Made by a program: the position numbers and the translations under genes. A stretch of DNA of 63,995 nt, the filler included, from Basidioascus undulatus (lineage: Eukaryota): NCBI GenBank assembly GCA_000826855.1. It is 7 parts of 7 records of this genome, joined end to end, with 100 filler letters (N's around TTAATTAATTAA, not from the genome) between each part and the next. Parts side by side here need not be neighbours in the genome. Positions count along the whole stretch, not along the records: positions 55,517 to 63,995 come from JTLS01001384.1; 6 more parts are not named here. One strand, given 5' to 3'. Below the pieces are notes generated by a model. That model searched no databases. It saw only the letters and a program-made list of their open reading frames with translations, and was not told the DNA's origin. This document shows, in pieces, positions 60,647 to 63,995 of the stretch (position 1 is the stretch's first letter; each line of letters starts with the position of its first letter).

Positions 60647-63600
60647 TTAGCGCGACACGCTATCGAAGTCAGGCGGGATCTGCGGTCCGTGCGCAGGGAT
60701 CAACATCCCAAGCTTCGACTCGCTCCGGAAACGACACACCTTCCAACCGTGCTGATTGGCGACCTGTTTAATACAGCAGCGTCAGGGAGCAACGTCAACA
60801 GTCTACTGGAGAATAGCACGCACGCGGATGAACGCATCCCTCGCCTCGGCCGTGCTGTACGGCCGGTCCCAGCTGCTCGAGCGTCCGCCAAATCAGCGCC
60901 ACATCTCAATGCGACGCTAGAGGGAAAATCACGCACCGGTGGGTGTCGATGCGCGCTGGACGAGGGTCGTCGAGGACCATATTCATCTGCAACCACAGCA
61001 ACGTCAGCATTCCAGCCTAGGTGTTGTCATGGACGGTGAAGATGCACCTTGACGTCCTGTAGCAGCGACTCGATGGAGTACGAGGGGAGCCATGAGTCCT
61101 GCACCATAAGGCCATTAGCACCCCAGCGCTATGGTAGTCCAACGTAGCTTGACGCACCGCGGTAAGAAGCGAATGGCAGATCGACCCGCCCGCCTGCACA
61201 CCGCCAAGGCAAGACGATCAGCTACTGAACGTAAAGATCTGTTTGGGTTGCAACGCACCGTGATGTGACCCCCGCCACCGGCGAGGAAGTTGAGGAAGCG
61301 CGGGTGAAGGATGCGCATGAAGGGCGGCGTCTGCGGGAACTCCGGGCCGAAGCGCAGCTCGACGAGGACGGACTTGATGCCGCGCGACTTGAGGTCGGCG
61401 TGCAGCGCGCTGTCCTCAGGGAAGGAATGAAGCTACAATGCGGGGGAGCTCGTTAGTCTGCGCGCTGGCGGTGATGGCGTGCCGAGAATTACCTCGATGA
61501 TCCACTGCGACCATACCTCGACGGCGTCAGCGACGAGTGCGAAGGCAAGGACTATGAAGCACGCACCTGATAGAGCGAGTCCTGGTCCGGGTTCAGATAG
61601 TAGCCGAGCTCGACAGGGTCGAGTTTGTTCTGCAGCTTGATCATGTTGCGGAACTCGCGAGCGAGAGTCTGTGGAACTCCCTGCGTCAGTCACCTACGTC
61701 GTGCGGCGCCAATCATGCTTGAAAGAAACGAACGATGTTCGCGACCGATGAGGAATGCTGCGTCCCACTCCCGCAAGCCGTCAGTGCGAAAGCCTGGGAT
61801 GACGCCCCGATCGACGGAGAGACTCACCATCGGCGCAGGGAGCATCTGCATCCTGTTCATTCTCTCTTCATCGGCAGGAACGAACACGGTCTTCTCCTTC
61901 GATGCCTGGTACACGTACTCGAGGACGTCGCGGTCCTCGGGCGCGTAGTCGTTGTCCGCCCCCGCCGCCTCGTGGTCGACCTCGAGCGAGTCGTACATGT
62001 TCGCGGGAACTTGGATGATAGCGCCGGAGAGGGTCGAGAAGTACTGCACGCGCGCTTCCCATATCAGCGCCGACACTGGATTAGCAGAAGGAAGGTAAAT
62101 TGCGCGACGACGCACGGTAGCGTCCTGCTCGATGATCTTGACGCTCGGCAGCGTACGAGGGGCCGGGTTCGAGTTGACTACCTCCACCTCGCCCGAACGA
62201 GGAACACCCTCGCCGCGGATGAGAAGAAAGCGCGGGCTGATCCAGTCGAGCTGAAGAGCAAGAAGTTTTCAGTCTCTAAACCGCTCCGAAACGCCTGGCA
62301 CAGCACGTAAGCGCACCATGTCCACAACGAGATAGGGGTTATTGGAGATGCTGCGGCGTAAGATCCACCTTCAGTCGACCTCGCATCGCTACCTGCTGTC
62401 AAGAGAACACCCACAATTCCTTCGGCGCGCTGTGGAACCCCATGATGTCAGCTTCAGTCTCTTTCGAGGTGGGTCAGAGGCGCAAGAGCGCACTTGACGA
62501 GCTCCACGACTGCCGTGATGGAAAAGACCTTGAAGTCCGCATTGGGACGGGGGCACGTGTTTCCCCGGATGTGGTGACCGGCGGAGTACGTGTTGAGCGA
62601 GACCTCGCCTTGGCGGGCTGTGGGAGACGTTCTGCGTCAGACGTTGCCTCATGCTGAAGCACAGACAAGACGCATACCGAAGTAGCCTGTCAACCCACAA
62701 CGCGTCAGCTTTCAGCCGAGTGAGCGCGAAGAGCAATGTAATGTGGAAAGCGACGCACAGCCATTCCCGTACGCCCGGCCATCTGTACCGTCCGGCCTTC
62801 AGTCAACCTAACCCCATCTCGCGCTTTCACGGCCGAAAGAGGCAAGCCAACGCACTCGTGACGGTCTTGAAGTGCAGACCCTCCCTCAGAATCGAGTGCC
62901 TGGGGTAGCGTTCTCCCGCATCAGCGCCGCGACTCCTTCGCCCCACAAGTAGAGTAGCAGACACCAGTTCTTCGCGCCACTGCCATGGAACGCAAACAGC
63001 GTCGGAAACTTCTTGTTGTTCTGCGGGTAACGCGTCTTCGCTTTCTCGACGGCCTGGCGGAACTGCACCGTGCCCACAGCATGTCAGCGCGCATGTCCTC
63101 GTTTCCGCACGCCTAACGAGCAGCGGCCGTAGGGAGCAGGTTGTGGAGCGGCGAGGTGGAAGAAGAGAGGTGCATGAGAGGGCAGGGAATAAGAGCAAGA
63201 GTTGTACGATATGGGAAGGCAACCGGCGAACGTACCAAGTGCTCTTTCTCCGGCCTACCGATTGCTCCACCATATCAGAACCACCGCCTTCGCTCTTTCT
63301 CCCTGATGGAGAGCGAAAACTCACGACCCGCAAATGAACTTGAATTGCTTAAATTCAACCGAGACGCTCCCGTACGGGGCGGCCGCGCCCGACGCCGGCG
63401 CGGTCAGTCCGGCACCACGGATCATCTCGTTCTCATCGGCCTCCTTGATGTAGCTCAGGTTGCTGCTCACAACCCATCTGCCCGACCGACCGCACATACG
63501 CCATCCGTCAGCCTTCCCGCAACGCGGAAACGGAGATGAGGACTAAGTAGATGGGGATGAAGATCGGGACGGAGGCGGAAATGGTGATGCAGACGTAGAC

Positions 63601-63995
63601 GGGGTGGGGATAAAGAACGAGAAGTAGTCTCCAGCCCACGCACCTGAGCACCACCAGCGCAGCCTTCCACTCCACCCCACTCCGGAGCTTGACGAGCTTC
63701 TGTCCGCTCATGAGGAATTCGCGCATCTCGCTCACGCGCGGGAGGGACGCGATCAGGTTGGCGATCGCAAAGTTGCGCTGCGGCTGCGTGAGCTTGTCGT
63801 CGTCGAACCGGCGCAGCGGATCCGCGTCCGCGCCCGCGTCCCGGTCGGCCGGGAGATTCGGGTCCTCGAGTGGGTTGGAGGGCGCGGCGTCGCTGTGCGG
63901 CGGGCGGAGCGCGAGGTAGTAGGACTCGGGGACTTCGATACTATGCGGATGGGGAGGGGGAGGGGAAAGGGATGCGTGAGGAAGAGCAGAAGTCC
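60647..63995 (-). CDS. PARP-type ADP-ribosyltransferase domain fused to C-terminal UBE2Q-like ubiquitin-conjugating (E2) domain; 5' end outside window
   Basis: PARP: FPTLFAFHGSGAKNW|HSILREGL..GRAYGNGC|YFA..SLNTYS..AVVELVN..NPYLVVD. E2: DSLYQ|WIIE|LHSFPEDSALHADLK..VELRFGPEFPQTPPFMRILHPRF..GGGHIT|AGGSICHSLLT..WLPSYSIESLL..YSTAEARDAFIR|VANQHGWK; TAA 60647-60649. Confidence 0.88.

Noticed and set aside
47749..63995. F-box array + PARP-E2 fusion as a ubiquitin-defence locus
   Set aside because: The spacer at 55417-55516 separates them; adjacency comes from length sorting
1..63995. tRNA, rRNA, CRISPR arrays, telomeric arrays or intact transposons
   Set aside because: None recognisable by eye; tRNAscan-SE/Infernal would be needed to exclude small or intron-containing RNA genes

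Overview
Eukaryotic DNA from an intron-rich, GC-rich fungus, most likely a basidiomycete (GTGCGT/GTACGT/GTGAGT donors, CTGAC/CTAAC branch sites, many micro-exons). The window is not one locus. It is seven unrelated contigs of about 9.1 kb, sorted by decreasing length and joined by artificial 100-bp spacers (44 N + TTAATTAATTAA + 44 N), so gene neighbourhoods across spacers mean nothing. Genes recognised by manual splicing: a liz1/FEN2-like MFS transporter, Syn8-like SNARE, zeta-crystallin quinone reductase, Far1/Ste5-like RING-H2 protein, MOV10/SDE3-like SF1 RNA helicase, TMEM14, Ams2/Spt21-like factor, Vma22, a Rad51 paralog and a PARP-domain + UBE2Q-like E2 fusion. Accessory content: an expanded, mostly decaying F-box/LRR-like family, pseudogenes (SnoaL/NTF2-like, aldo-keto reductase, 5-oxoprolinase, second MFS, RRM), Lys/Asp-rich repeat proteins and a two-copy retroelement-like relic. 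Best novelty candidates are (i) a spliced stand-alone RNase H-fold gene of archaeal/retroelement (RVT_3) style with a presequence-like leader, and (ii) the PARP-E2 fusion with both catalytic centres apparently intact. Many single-base frameshifts sit in homopolymer runs and may be sequencing errors. All calls come from motif recognition by eye; no database searches were run.
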